Notes: generated by a model from the sequence alone, not told the origin. A stretch of 64,000 nucleotides of DNA from Paraspadella gotoi (GCA_051294375.1 CM119271.1:4669353-4733352); one strand, 5' to 3'; counted from the first letter of the stretch, positions 1 through 14,080 are shown. Program-made: numbers and translations.

Positions 1-587
1 ATCAAAATCTCTCTTTCCAAGAACCAAGAGAAACGCGGAAATATTCAACTTTCTTCCTTTTATTCTCTCTTTGATGTTATTGCTCTTTTGTCTGATAAAA
101 AAAAGGCATTTCTCTTTTCCTTCTTTTACATTCTTTCCATTTTTCTCCATTTTTGGTTACAACCATTTTCTTTAGAATTTCTATAACTGAACTAACCTTG
201 AACTCTATTCTTCTTTGACTTTTATAATTAAAAGAACACTTACTGTTAATAAAGGCGCAATTCTCAAATTTATTCAAAAACTGTTCTCATTGCCTGGAAT
301 CCAAATCGGGCCGCTCATAAAGGCATCGATCCCGTGCAAGTCGCGTGTACATTGAAAAGGTCATTTGCACGCATCCTTCACGTGCCAATGCCGCGCGTCG
401 CGGTCGCTCGCGAAAGAAAAATAAAACTTGTAAAAAAAAAAAACAAGAATTCTCGCGGTCGACTTAATTTCCAATTCCCTCCCAGAGAAAATACTCTCGG
501 TTGCGACCTTAAAAAAAAAGAGAGAAAGAAATAAGAAAGAAAAACAAGCAAATGGGAAGAAGTCCATCTCTCTCTCTCTCTTTCTCT

Positions 588-658
<71 letters not shown>

Positions 659-1387
659 AAATCCGATGGAACGGATCGAATGGATGATGGGCGGGTCTCG
701 ACTGAATGAAGGGTGCGAGAGAGACTCGCAAGGGTAAGGAATTCCGCGACATCTCATTGCGGGGTAAGTTGCTCCACGATTTCCAACGGAGGGGTAAGAA
801 CTCCTGCGACTTCCCACCGCGGGGTCAGGACAGTTCCGATGTCCAACAGCTGGGGTAAGTAATGTCCCGCGATTAAATTACACTCCAAACATCAAACTAA
901 AGCCTGAAAAAAGCCCCAAAATTTCACTGGTGACTAATAACAGCCCCGACGTCTAACTCCAGAATAAGAACAGCATCTACCGACCGAGGTTTACGGATGG
1001 CCCCTACTCCCCGCTGCCCTGCTCGTAAGAAAAGGCCCGGACTCCTCACTGCGAGATCTACTTTCATTACAAAGGTTTTGGCGAGAAGCTTAATGAGTCT
1101 CTGGGTGTAAAACAGACAAAACGGACATCCAGACAAATGGATCGTGTGTCTCGCTCACTCGCTCACTCACTCACTCACTCACTCACGGAATATTCCCTCG
1201 AATATATGTATATATATATATGTTTTCTCGAGCGAAATCAAAATCCTCGTCGCATTAAAATCCGAGCGAGAATTTTTTGTTTCCGCTCGAATGAACTTTT
1301 CCTTCGCACCTACGAATCGCGTCACGATTTTTTCTTTAAAAGTTTGATTCGAAATGACGATTGTCATATGTTGTTATATATCAAGAT

Positions 1388-1628
1388 GAACTGATGAATC
1401 GTCACAATACTGACGAAACAATATTTACTTGTTTTTTCAGATAAACCCGAACTGATGAATCGTCACAATACTGACGAAACAATATTTACTCGTTTTTTCA
1501 GATAAACCCGAACTGATGAATCATCACAATACTGACAAACAATATTTATTCGTTTATCAGATTAACCCGAACTGATGAATCGTCACAATACTGACGAAAC
1601 AATATTTACTCGTTTATCGGATTAACCT
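1388..1628. repeat. Tandem minisatellite, ~60-61 bp unit x4
   Basis: Unit AACTGATGAATCGTCACAATACTGACGAAACAATATTTACTCGTTTTTTCAGATAAACCCG starts at ~1389, 1450, 1511 and 1570 with few differences. Confidence 0.95.
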
Positions 1629-2944
1629 CACATACGCGACACTCTAATCCCGAAATCGGATCGCAGTGAAAGATGGATCACGTTCGCCGAGGATTCGTGA
1701 ATCGTCGCGAGGCTGCCGAGAGGAGAGGGAGGAGTGAAAGATGGGCGTGGCATTGCTTGTCGGCGACGGAGGTTGAGTTTGAAATGCAAATGCAATATCT
1801 CCACCTCCACGAAAGGAGAAAAAAAAATAACCTTTTCCATGGATATTTATTCTTGATGGCGAAAAAAAAAACTTCTTCGCTTTTTATATTCGCTTTCTTT
1901 TTTTTTTCTTTTTTTTTATTCGTTTTTTATTCGCGAAAATTTCTTTCTGCTGCATTTCTTCCGGTGATCACGGATCTATCTCTTGCTATCTCTCACTCTC
2001 TTTCTCTTTCTCTCTCACACACTCTTTCCCTCACGCTTTTTTCGGTAACTTACGTGATTTCCTTTCACAGAATATAAAACCAGAACGAGAGGAATCTTAT
2101 CTCACATTCTCCCCTTTCTTTTTTTTCACTTTATTGAAACATTTCGGTCTCTCTCCTCTTCTTTTTCTCCCTCTCGGTCTCGCTCTCTCGCTCCCACTCG
2201 TCTTTAAGTCCAGATCAATTTTTCGCTGTAAAACTTAGTTTCAGTTTTTTTTAATTTTCTTCAAGAAAATTTCCTGATGCCATCAATCAAGCAATTTTCC
2301 TGTCATCTTGCTAGATATTTTCTCTCCTCTATTCTCTTTTCTCTTCTCTTTTCTCTTCTCTTTTCTCTTCTCCTCTTTTCTCTTCTCCTCTTTTCATTTT
2401 TCTCTTCATTTCTTTTTAACCATCCCACTTCATGCTACCCTTCTCTCCCTTTAAAACCCTCACCTTCTTTCATGCGTCCAGATTGAATGAACTTTCCCAA
2501 GCTTTTCATTTGCATCGCGTTCCTTTCTCTCGCCCTCGTTCTTTCATGTCTCTCACATTACTTATATTCTCGAACGAATTCTTTTAAGTCTTCTTTCTCT
2601 TCATTTTCTCCTACAAGACTACAATGAAAAATCAAAGTAACTATTGAAAGTATATAACTATTAAAATAGTAAAATAGTAAAATAGGACTTTTTAGGAGAA
2701 CAGTGTCAAAAGATCTAAACTGCGCCAACATGTAAATGAGATTGAAGAACTTAATTCCATTTGAAAAGAACCACTACATTCCTTCTTTTTCACCCTGCTT
2801 CCGTTTCCTAGCAACTAGTGACGCAAAATACTAAATTGTTTCCTCTTCTGTTGTCACTTGTCTTGCGTTGAAACCGAAATCGGATTCCTTCCCCACACAG
2901 TGCTGCCTTCCCCTTTTCCTTTCCTTCAGTGCTTTTTAGTGCTT

Positions 2945-3325
2945 TTTAGTTGCGCCGAGAGTACTCGCGGAGCAACACTATAAGTCACTTTTCGGTCGGC
3001 CTGTCGACCTGTATGTCTGTCCGTCGGTCTGTCCCACTTACATTAAAAACGTATATAATTCGCCTATATAGTTGGTTGCTCATATGTTAAGACAGGAAAA
3101 ACCTCAAATCTAAGTGACTGCTAGCGCCGCCTTCAGGAAATCCTAAAACTATAAGGAATAAACGATGGAATTTCGATGCAGTGCATGTATTGAATACACG
3201 GGCTAAAAAAGTTTTTTAGTCATGTCATGTCATGTCATATCAAATAATATCATGTGATTAAAGGGAAATTACAACTGAAAATAAAGTCAATGCGGCGCAA
3301 CACATTGGATGAACCGATCTCGTTT
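2945..3325 (+). mobile_element. DINE-1/HINE-like non-autonomous element (family A)
   Basis: 5' GTTGCGCCG (2949) followed by palindrome GAGTACTC and GCGGAGCAAC; (GTCY)-type microsatellite; inverted GCGGCGCAAC at 3292-3301; T-rich flanks; homologous copies elsewhere in the window. Confidence 0.65.
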
Positions 3326-4659
3326 TCCTCCACATTTCACACTTGGCGATAGTTCATTCTTCATATTACTATTACTACCTTCTCGCTACCAACATATTTT
3401 CCCTTAAAGTTAAACCAAAAATGTTTCCTTTTTTCTTTCCTCCTTTTATCCTACTCTTTTCTTTTTCCTTTCTTCCCTTTCCTCCCTCCTCTTTTCTTTA
3501 TCCCCTCCACCCTCACTCCCCCCAAATCCTCCACCCCCATTACCCCCCCCCCGCCATAATCCCCCCTCACAGTCTTGTATCAAGATTGAATGGATCTTTT
3601 GATCCCGAACCGTCGAACGCCTTTCCATATTTAAGCCAAATGGTACAGAATACATCGAAGCCGAAGATCGTCTCTATTCTTTCTTCTTTTTTTTTTTCCT
3701 TCTTTCTTTTTTTTTTATTGTCAAGTTATATGTTCTCCGATTCGTCGGGTCACCGACTTCATTTCGTGAATACGTTTCGTACATTTGTGTCTGTTCACGG
3801 AATTCTTTTCTTCGGCTCATTTTATCGATATCGTTCTTACTTCCTACTGTTTTTGAAATTAAGTATATATCTAATTGGCTAATGTCTATATGACTATTTT
3901 TAGTGTCGTTTCCGACCTTGTTTCGCGCTTCGTCATATCTGAGAGTGAGAGTCCTTAGTTTGTTAATGTCAGTGTCCCTGTTTTAAAAAAACGTGTAAAA
4001 AAATATAAAACTCGATCTTACGAAAAGTAAGGCGGCGTTATCGACGACGACGACCACGACGACGACCACGACCACGACGACGACGACGACGACTCGAAAG
4101 AAAGGGATTACGCGTTTGAAAGGAGAAAGTCAAGAGTTAATTTGACCCCGTGACCTCGTTCAGCTTTCACCTCCTTCACCTGTGAATTGAAAGTGACGTT
4201 GGCAGAAAGACGTTATGAAAGCCGTGACTTTGGGAAAGAGAAAGTTTTTCGAGGAAGGTCGGATTTTGCGTTAAGTTTCATTGTGTATTTGGGGTAACTC
4301 GTCGGAGGATTTTAAGATCTTAAGAGCTGAGTATAACAAAGTTTGCAAAATCTATTTGTTTTATAACGTCGGATTTCAGTGTGTCACCTTGTATGGGATA
4401 TTACTTTTAAAAAACGTTTAACTTCTTATAGATAGATATTGGCATTAATAATGGTTCGTTAGAAGAGAAGATTGGGATAGAAGCGCGGGAAAATTTAAAT
4501 GCAATAGATGTCGCGGTGATGAACAGACTTTAACCAAACTTAATAATTTTCACGGGTGTTCAGTGTTCGCTAAATAAAAAAGGAAGAAAAATGACCAAAA
4601 AAAATCAAACTTCGCAAAACTTCAAACTTAAATATTTTAAAACTGTAAATGATAAAGAA

Positions 4660-4885
4660 ACAAGATCGGTCCATCCAATGTGTTGCTCCGCAGTAACTTT
4701 CTTAGCCCGTATATTTCTGACACGCACTGCATCGGAATTTTGTCTTTTATTCTTTATAGTTTTATGATTTCCTGAAGGCAGCGCCAGCAGTCACTTAGAT
4801 TTAAGGTTTTTTTTAACGTAAGTGAGATAGACCGACTGACAGACCGACAGACCGACCGAAAAGTGACTTAAAAGCAACTAAAAAA
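4660..4885 (-). mobile_element. Family A element, inverted and internally deleted copy
   Basis: Reverse complement matches 2970-3325 (AGTCACTTAGATTT, TTCCTGAAGGC, GACCGACAGACCGACCGAAAAGTGACTTA). Confidence 0.7.
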
Positions 4886-5497
4886 CCTTCCTAAATGTTA
4901 AGTAAAATAATCTATTGAAAGGGGCAAATCAAAAACCGATTTTTGGTTGAATGAAGCATCAATGAAAAGATTATGACTCATAATATGAAAATAAAACTGA
5001 AGTCGATTCAAGAGTTAGGAGGAGTAAGCGTTAGTCGAATCATGGTCGAAAATAGGGTTCCCTATATGTGGGAGGAGGAGTAGAAGGAGGAAGGGAGGAA
5101 GAAAAAAAGTAATTGTAAAACTAACTAAAGGCTAAAGAGTATCGGGTGAAAACAATAAGCTTGACTAGAAGAGGATAGAGTTTAACAGGTTTAATAAACA
5201 ATTTAACTAATATAAATAAGCGAGAGAATTAAGAGAATAAGGAGGGAGTGAAGAAGAGGTATGAAGAGGTGAAAAGGACCAATAGGAGCAACTAGAAGAC
5301 CCGTAAATTTTTTTTTTATGAGCCAAGGGCTTTTAACGGTTTCTGGGAACAAGCGCGAAAAACTTGCGTTCGTGGAGGAGAAGAGAGAAAAAAAAATAGG
5401 CAAGAAAATAAAAAAAAACAAAGAAAGAGAGAGAGAAAAAAAATGATGGAGAATTAAAGAATAGAGAGAAAAATAGAAAAGAAAGAAAGAAAGAAGG

Positions 5498-6098
5498 NNN
5501 NNNNNNNNNNNNNNNNNNNNNNNNNNNNNNNNNNNNNNNNNNNNNNNNNNNNNNNNNNNNNNNNNNNNNNNNNNNNNNNNNNNNNNNNNNNNNNNNNNNN
5601 NNNNNNNNNNNNNNNNNNNNNNNNNNNNNNNNNNNNNNNNNNNNNNNNNNNNNNNNNNNNNNNNNNNNNNNNNNNNNNNNNNNNNNNNNNNNNNNNNNNN
5701 NNNNNNNNNNNNNNNNNNNNNNNNNNNNNNNNNNNNNNNNNNNNNNNNNNNNNNNNNNNNNNNNNNNNNNNNNNNNNNNNNNNNNNNNNNNNNNNNNNNN
5801 NNNNNNNNNNNNNNNNNNNNNNNNNNNNNNNNNNNNNNNNNNNNNNNNNNNNNNNNNNNNNNNNNNNNNNNNNNNNNNNNNNNNNNNNNNNNNNNNNNNN
5901 NNNNNNNNNNNNNNNNNNNNNNNNNNNNNNNNNNNNNNNNNNNNNNNNNNNNNNNNNNNNNNNNNNNNNNNNNNNNNNNNNNNNNNNNNNNNNNNNNNNN
6001 NNNNNNNNNNNNNNNNNNNNNNNNNNNNNNNNNNNNNNNNNNNNNNNNNNNNNNNNNNNNNNNNNNNNNNNNNNNNNNNNNNNNNNNNNNNNNNNNNN
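5498..6098. other. Assembly gap (N run)
   Basis: Continuous Ns. Confidence 1.
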
Positions 6099-7949
6099 TG
6101 AAGCGATTCCTTGTGACCCTTTAGTGATTCGCAGTGATAAGAAATGACACAAAGTGAGACGAAGTGAGGTGAGGTCACTCATTCAATTTCGATTCCATGC
6201 GCGACTTCTACTAACCGACCTTTTGGGTCGTCGCTTCACTCTCCCATTTTGTCATCCCTGTCTCGGAGATCGTTTTTCAAGAGCGAAGGTCGCGGGTTCG
6301 CGCCCGCTTCTTATTCGGACAATCCGGAGCACTAATGCGTCCTGATCTCAGATCTACCTCTCAGATCTTTTACAGTAAGGGTAGATACCACTAGAACCAA
6401 TCTTGTCCAGCTCTTTAAGTTAGTCGGTGTTTCCCAGCCACGCGTACTCTCTCGCCCAGATAACCCACGTATTCCCGCCCCCTTGGCTGCAGCGATAACC
6501 CGAGGGTAAGTCACAAATCCTCACTCCCTCACCGTCTTTGCGTCCGCGATAACCTCGGGGTAAGTCGTGTTTTTTTACCAAAGGCCCGCGCTCGCAGCAT
6601 TTTTTTTCAGGGGGGCTTTTATCACGAAACCCGAAAAATCCCGAGGGAAGAAAAAACTTACATAACCTGATTAAGAAAATCAGGTCCCGTGGACACATAG
6701 AGAGCTCTCACGAGAGGATAAGACAGAGAAGACGCTGAGATGGGAAGAGATGCAGACAGAGGAGAAGGAGTGTGTGAGAGAGTAGAGACGAGAGAGAGAG
6801 CAGAGCGAGGATGATGAGGGGGGGGAGAGAAGTGAGTGGGGAGGGGGAGAAGTTCTCGGGCGAATGATAAATGAAGAGTCAGAATTGTGTCGGTTCACGC
6901 AAACACCGAAATCCGCCGCCGCCTCTGCGCCGCCGCCCCCGGAACCCGCCGCCGCCGCTGACGACGAAGACGAAGAAGGAAAATGAGAATAATAATAAAT
7001 AAATAGGATCCAAGATGGCGGAGGATGAGGAGGACAATGAATACGACAGGCACGACCTCTTTCCGTTATCCGAGATCTTTTGTTTGCGTCGCGAGCGAAA
7101 TGTGAGAATTGTTTGGAAAATGGATTCCTTCTCTTAGCGCTAGATTTTGCAGGGTCGTCTATCACTTCTCTCTCTCTTTCTCTCTCCCTCTCTCTTCTTC
7201 TCAACTCTTTCCTTCCTTCTCTTCTTCTTTTTCTCTTTTTCTCCTAATTTTTGGAACAGGTTTTTACAAGTTGAAAAGAGTGCAGGTTTCTTATTAGATT
7301 TTAACTTCTGTTTTCTTCCCCACACGTTTTAATTCATTATAAGAGTCTCAAACAACCCCATACATTATTATTTATTATTATATTCTTTTTTTCTCCGTCT
7401 TTTCGTGATATACCCTCTTATACTATTATGTAATATAAATATATAATTTATATTCATATACATGTAATCCTTGTCATTTTTTTGTATAATTATTATCTTA
7501 AAGTTTCTCCTTAATTATATACTTTCAATTCTCCATTGCCCGCACCTTTCGTGGTTCATTGTAATATGTTCTTAACTTATATTTCTCCCATTTTTTTTCC
7601 CTTTTCTTTTTTTCCCTTTTTCCTTTCTCTTTTTTTTTTTCCCTCTTTGTTTTTTCTTATTTTTTGTTTTTCTTTTTTTATATTGCCTTTTTTCTTTTTT
7701 CTTTTTTTTCCCCCTTGTTCCCTTTCCTTTTTTCGCTCTTTAAAATGCATCTTGCTTTACCTTTTTTCTGTTTTTGATCTTGGTTTTCATCTGCAGTTTT
7801 TTATTCCATTCAGATTCATTCGATCTTATCTTTTAGGCCCTTACTACATTGTATTTATCGAATACTTTATACTCACCGTATAAGCATTCTTTCTTTGAAG
7901 AACATTATTCTTTTTTTTCTCCTTCCTTCTTCGTTCATCTTGTTAAACT

Positions 7950-10665
7950 TCTTTCCATTGTTTCGAAGTTTCCTTCCTTTCTTTTAGTTCCGATTTCTCT
8001 CCATCTCTTCTTCTCTCTCCTTGACATTTTTCGTCAAACTTCCCCTTCCCAGACTTCCTTCTTCTTTATTGTTTCCTTCGGAAGGATACTGCTTATCCCG
8101 TTGTCAGCCCTTGATCCTCTTTTCAGTCGTCGTCACTCTGAAACCGGGGACATCATTGCCTCCTCGACGTCAAGGAGCGGCCCGTCATTGCCAATTTGGC
8201 GCCGGTTTCGGACGAAGCCAGGTGTGGGTCGCGCATAAGACGCTCTAGGCTAATCTGGCAGGCGGAAGCGCTCGTTCGCCCGTCTTGAAATTTTCGGCGG
8301 ATTCGGAGAAAAGAATAATGCATATATGTTATTGCCAATTGCCATAATTAGCCAACAGTTGCCAAATATATAGTTGCTCTTCTGATTTTTTTATTATCAA
8401 TAGTATTTATTAAGACGAGTAGTCGGAGTATCTTATTGACGGCAAACTGGATAATAATTTATCGCAAATTGACGTGAAAAACTGAATTCAATTGTTTCAA
8501 TTCCTTTGTCCGTATGAAGTTTAAAGTTGAAGGGAAGTCAATAATTGTAATGCAGTTAGATGACAGGAACCGTTCAATATAAGCATTAAGCAGTCCCTGG
8601 CTTCGGATCAGGCTGTAACACCGTGCTTACAGCGGATTAAGCGCCCCTTCTCTTATACTTCTAGGCGACTACGTGCGTGAAATCAACTTGAAACCTGGTT
8701 AAAACGTTGATTTTAATAAATAAATTTAGATAAACTTCAGAATAGAAATCGGATTACGGCTATACAAAAACCCAAGCATTAATCGATCATTCATTTTTAA
8801 AAATCTATTTGATATTGCGGTCTAAAGTCGTTCCTCCGTTCGATATATATCAGGGTAGGGCGTTTAAAAAAAAAAAAAAAGCCCAGATCTGATCGACTTA
8901 TCGAAAGAGGATAAGTCCAAGACTATTAACGCTTGCGAAGGGATGATATTGGACGAGCTGCTTCAAGAGTACCTCGAGGTCCAATTTCCGCAGTGCATGG
9001 AATTGAAAATGATTAATGAAATGAAATCCCTCCTACTATATATTACACTTTTGACTAGCATTTGTGTATCTCCTTTTTAGCTATTGAAAGCTTAGAGTGC
9101 TCCACAATACAATAACCATTAATATAACAGATAGCTATAATTCTTGAAATATCACGTTCAAATCAAGATATAATCAGGTATAGCTAGATATTAATAGCAT
9201 CTAGCTTTTTTTATTATATATCATATATTATAAATTATTCATATATAAGAAAAAAAAATCCGGCAGAATTTACGAAAGAGCCTTCAACCGATTTATGTCG
9301 GCAAAAAGGAAAAAAAAAATGATCCTTCCAGCTCCAAAGACTCCAAGCCGCTCGTCCTTTTCCCGCCCATTCTCGACTCGTGAACCTCGAAGACGTCGAC
9401 GCCCGAAAGTGGAGAAGAGGAACTCGATGGTAGCCGCTGGAGATGTTGGATGGTTGGACGGAGCCGTACGAGGTGATCGCTGGGGATCGAGGAGGGGTAA
9501 TTTTGAGAGCGAGCTAGTCGGTTGTCGAAGGGAACGCGGCTCGAATTTGTCGTATCGGTGTTTCCTCTCTGTCGAACGACGCCGGATCGGGGTTCAAAAG
9601 ATCGAAGGAATCTATCGAGTTCGAAGGTCCATCGATCCTTCGACGTTTCGTTGGCGTCGCGAGCGCCGCAGGCGTTTCTTGCGGTGACAGAAGGTGTTGA
9701 GGGATGGTTGAGAAAGGGAATCTAATGAATAATCTGAAGTAGGCACTATTATTAAAATTAAAAAAATTAAGAGTTGGAATATCTCGTTTACTGTAAGTCG
9801 TGAATTCAAGGACACATATTTGATTCACTTATTATTCACATAGTAAAATCATTTATTCGTTCACATATCTTTACTGGACAAAAGTCTGGTCCTGCCAGTT
9901 GTTACAAAAAAAGTTTGTACATGGATTTTCTCTTTGTCCATTTTTAATGCACCAGACGAAGAAGTAATAATATTCAGGGGCAAGATAGCTTATTTATAAA
10001 ATGAATGGATAATTTTTTATTGGTTGTACACTTTCATATGATTTTATGTCAGTTGTTCAATATAAAAATTGACATTGTCAAGTGACTGCTTCTTTTCGTT
10101 TCCTCTAATTTTCGATCTCACTGACAAAAGACACAATTGGGCTTCTCCCTCCCTTTTCCCCCCCAGCGCCCCCCTCCTCACCTCCCGCCCTCCTCCCACC
10201 AATCCACGGTTCTCTCGAGCCCGGCCTCCCTCAATTCGTAGAGGCCGGGCCCAACGTCGCCTCGAGTAGAGGCAGACGATCGTTAGCGGACGTAAGGCTT
10301 CGGGGAGGTTCGAGTCCGGGGCGATTGATGGGTTTGGCGGAGGGGCGAAGGAGAGGAGTCGGGTCGCAAAGATTGGGGACGGCAGAGTAGGCGGAGGAAG
10401 AGGAGGAAGAGGATGAGAGAGGAAACGGACGACGCGAAATGTCGAAGAAAACCTCCGCTGCTCCAAGGGTTAAAGACGGAACCCGACGAAGACGAACGAC
10501 GCGACGAGACGAGAAAGATTGGGCGAAGGATTTCCGAGAAATGTGAAGCGGCGACGAGCGACGACGACGAACGGGAGCGCGCGCGCGTGCGCAGATTCGT
10601 CGAGAAGTTTTGTTGAAGCCGAAGCGAAGAGGGCCGCGACGGCGTCGATCCGCGGAGAAGAGCAT
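7950..10665 (-). pseudogene. Frameshifted duplicate of the GLTP-fold gene (likely low-quality copy rather than true pseudogene)
   Basis: Same three exons as 14081-16681 (MLFSADR start at 10665; GAKLAMT near 8200) with many indels. Confidence 0.6.
8528..8670 (-). mobile_element. Partial LTR related to the TRIM at 45585-46240
   Basis: GAACCGTTCAATATAAGCA...CTTCGGATCAGGCTGTAACACC shared with the TRIM LTR. Confidence 0.7.
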
Positions 10666-11418
10666 GACTGGAGGTTGGTCGAGGGTTTTGAAAGGGAATG
10701 GTAAAAGGTTTGGTCGGAAATTTCTGGCCGCGTTGTGGATTTTATTTTTAAAGTACTACCTTATAATGCTTTTTAAAAATTTTTAAGTATTCTTAGTACA
10801 TTCTTAGTATTCTTAGTAGATTACAGCCTGTTCGTCGGCAATTATAGTATCATTATTCATCATTTCTTAAGAGCCAAGCGATTTCCCCGCATTATTCGTC
10901 TCGACGATACGGGTCCCAAGTTCGAATACTAATTTTGGTCCTTAAGAATAAGTTTCGTGTCTCGATATTCAGACCGTCGCTGTTCCAAAACCAGTTTTTC
11001 AATCCAAAAATCATGACGAAATCCACAAACCGCGTTTTAGGGAACTGTCTGTAATCATGCCGGCCGAGGAGACGTTGGTCTTGTCGGCGACTGACCTCGA
11101 ATGTAAATTCGAGCTTCCCCGGTTTTTAGAAAGGGAACAGCAGTTTGCACCAAAAAAAACGTGCATTGTCTTCTTTATTAAAGAAGAAATTCTAACGATT
11201 CTTTTCGGGTTTCAAAAAATTCTCTACAATTTGCTTCTTCTCCTACCCGCCATGCTTCCCCTTGCTTCATTAATCCTCTTCCGCTCTTTACTCACTCTCC
11301 CCGTTTGCCCATTTGCACTCTCCTCTTCCTCATCCGATTTCCTTTGTTGACGTTTTCCTTCTTCTTTGTTTACGTTTTTAGTGGAGGCTTTATTTTCTCT
11401 CTCTCTCTCTCTCTCTCC

Positions 11419-11452
<34 letters not shown>

Positions 11453-13067
11453 CTCTCCTTTCTCTCTTTTGTTCTGTTATTTCTGTTGTCTAATGAAAGT
11501 TTCAGGTTCTGTCTTGCTCTCTCCATTTTCCTTCCAATGTTTGTTTCACGCTCAATGGATTTCGAGTAGAGAAAAAGTTTGCTCTCAGTCCTCACAGGTT
11601 TCGAATTTCACTGAGTTTTCTGTTTTCTTCTGTATAAATTAATGTTAAATGTATACATTGCTAAAAACCTAATTTAGATCTCTTGAATGTCTAAAGGATC
11701 CTTAGTGATCTTTTAAAAATTATGTCATAAACTTTTTTGATAATATAATTTTGATGCTCTAAAAAATACTTTAATTTTAAATTTAATTATGTTTTTTTAA
11801 TCTAGTAAATCAAAGTAAAATTAATTTCAAATATTTTTTTTTATTCATTCACATTTCATTGACTTAATCGATGTCATTTTTGTTGACAACGATTTCTACG
11901 CGTTGGCTCCCGCCTTTTGTTTTTTTCCGCGCAACTTTCAGTCGCCAACGTAATTTGCATCTTTTTCAATATTTTTATTCGCCTCGTTTCTAAAGATTTT
12001 TTTTGGTTTTGTTTCATTTTGTTTAGATTAAAAAAGTTTTTTTTTTTACGGAAGAGCTTTTTCTTCTTCCAGTGTTGATTCACATTTTTTTTCTTTTCTC
12101 CATCCATATTCGTTCTTTTTTAGATATATATCTTTCTTCTTTCAATAATGTCATCGTTTTCCCCCCTTTTCTTATGCTGCCTTATTGTCGCTTTCGCTTT
12201 TTTGTTCAATCCAACAACGAGGCTTCCCGAGACCAATTTTACATTTTCCTTAACCCTTTTTTTTTCTTTTTTTCTTTTTTTTTTTTTTAACCTTTTTCCG
12301 TTTCGTTTCTTCGTATCAATTCAATTTATTATTATTTTTTTTTCGTCCATGTTTCTGCCGATGTTCTCCCTCTATCTTCTTCTTTCTCTCTTTAAGGTCC
12401 CTTTTATTTTTATATTAAACTTTTTTTTGTTTTCCCTTTATTTCCTCTGGGCCTCATTTTTTTGAATCTTCCCCTTTTATTTCTTTCCACCATCTTTTTC
12501 TGTCTTTTCCTTCTGTCCTCTTCTTCTCCTTCGCCTCCCAAAAGGGTGCAGCGCTCCTCGTCTCGGCGTCCGCTTGAGCCACAAAGAAACTCGCAAGTCA
12601 TTTTGAATACCTGAAAATCTCCATCTCTCCTCTCTTTTTTCGTCCCTCTTTAGTTTTTTTTTATTTTTTGTTCTATTGCTTTTATCTTTCTTTAATCGTT
12701 CTAAATTCTATTAGTTTGTTCATATTTATCGTTAGTTCATTTTTTCCTTCTCTTTCTTTCTTTTCTTTTTCTTCTATCTTTCTTTTCCTATCTTTATTTC
12801 TTTCCTTCTATCTTCCTTGTTTTCTCTTTTCTTGGGCAGCTCTTGCGTTTTATTGAATAAACGTACAAACGGACAATGGAACGCAAGGCACAAAAATAAG
12901 CAAGAGGAAGAAGAAGAAAGAGAGAGAGAGAGGAGATGAGAGAGAGAGAGTAGAGAGAGAGAGAGAGAGAAGAGAGAGAGAGATCGAGACGCGGGGAGAG
13001 AGGTAGAGGAGCGGAGGAAGAGAGAGATGAGAGTGGAGGAGAGAGAGAAGAGAGAGAGAGAGATGAG

Positions 13068-13106
<39 letters not shown>

Positions 13107-14080
13107 GCACTGAGCACAGTGAGCTCAGGGGGTAAAATAAAAACATAATAAAGAGCGAGGAACAAAGGCTTAAGAAATGTTAATTCAAGGAGGCAGAAAC
13201 GTATGAGACTTCGTGTCACAGGAAGGAATAAAGATAAAGATAGTTAAAGAAAGGAAGGAGGAGACGACAGGTTGAAGACAAAGATAACAGTAGGACTGCT
13301 GTGAAACGGGAGGGTGGAGCGTATAGCTATGGATCGTATGAAGTGCAGAGAGAGAGAGAAGAAGAGAGGAGAGAGAGAAGAGAGAGAGAGAAGAGAGGAG
13401 AAGATAGAGAGAGAGAGAGAGAAGAGAGGTGGTAGGAGAAGAGAATGAGCGAGAGAGAGAAATGGGGAGTTCATAAGTTAAAAGAAAACTAACGTGAAAA
13501 TAAATAATGTTCTGAAACAACGTGAAAAAAAATCTGATGTCAGAAAACGACCTAAACATCAAAAACAAATATGCGAAACAAAAATGATAAAAGAAGAAGG
13601 TAAGGTTACTAAGTTCGCTGGGTAAGTTCCAAGACCTCGGCGTAGCGGGAGCGCCACGTTACGGTATTCGCCTAAAATTTAAACTTGAATATTTCAGTCG
13701 CAGAGGCCAAGTTAAAATTCGCCCCTAGTCTGCCTTAGTTNNNNNNNNNNNNNNNNNNNNNNNNNGTTTCTTATTAGATAACTTCTGTCTTTGTCCACAC
13801 GTTTAAATCAATAAAGAGTCTCAAACAATCTAACAATATTTATAATTTCGAAACAAAAGTAAAAAAAAAAAATCAAATAATTACGCATGAAATTATTACT
13901 AAGTTAAAACAAACAGGTCGACGGGCATTGCAATATGTTCACTCCGCCTAAAAGCATGTCACCTTCGGTCGTGACCCGGTGGCTCATTGAGTAATATCAT
14001 CAGATCATGACCATTAGGTACGATGATACGATGATACGAATTGCACGCTCTCTATTGAAGAAATTACCCCCCCTCCGATT

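Noticed and set aside
361-817. ERERER / SLSLSL ORFs here and throughout the window
   Set aside because: Translations of (GA)n/(CT)n microsatellites
1388-1628. CRISPR-like array or hammerhead repeat (contains CTGATGA and CGAAAC)
   Set aside because: Units are contiguous with no unique spacers and there are no cas genes in this eukaryotic context; I could not find convincing hammerhead stems by eye, so it is treated as a minisatellite
5333-6182. Long ORFs of 281 and 242 aa
   Set aside because: They run through the N gap
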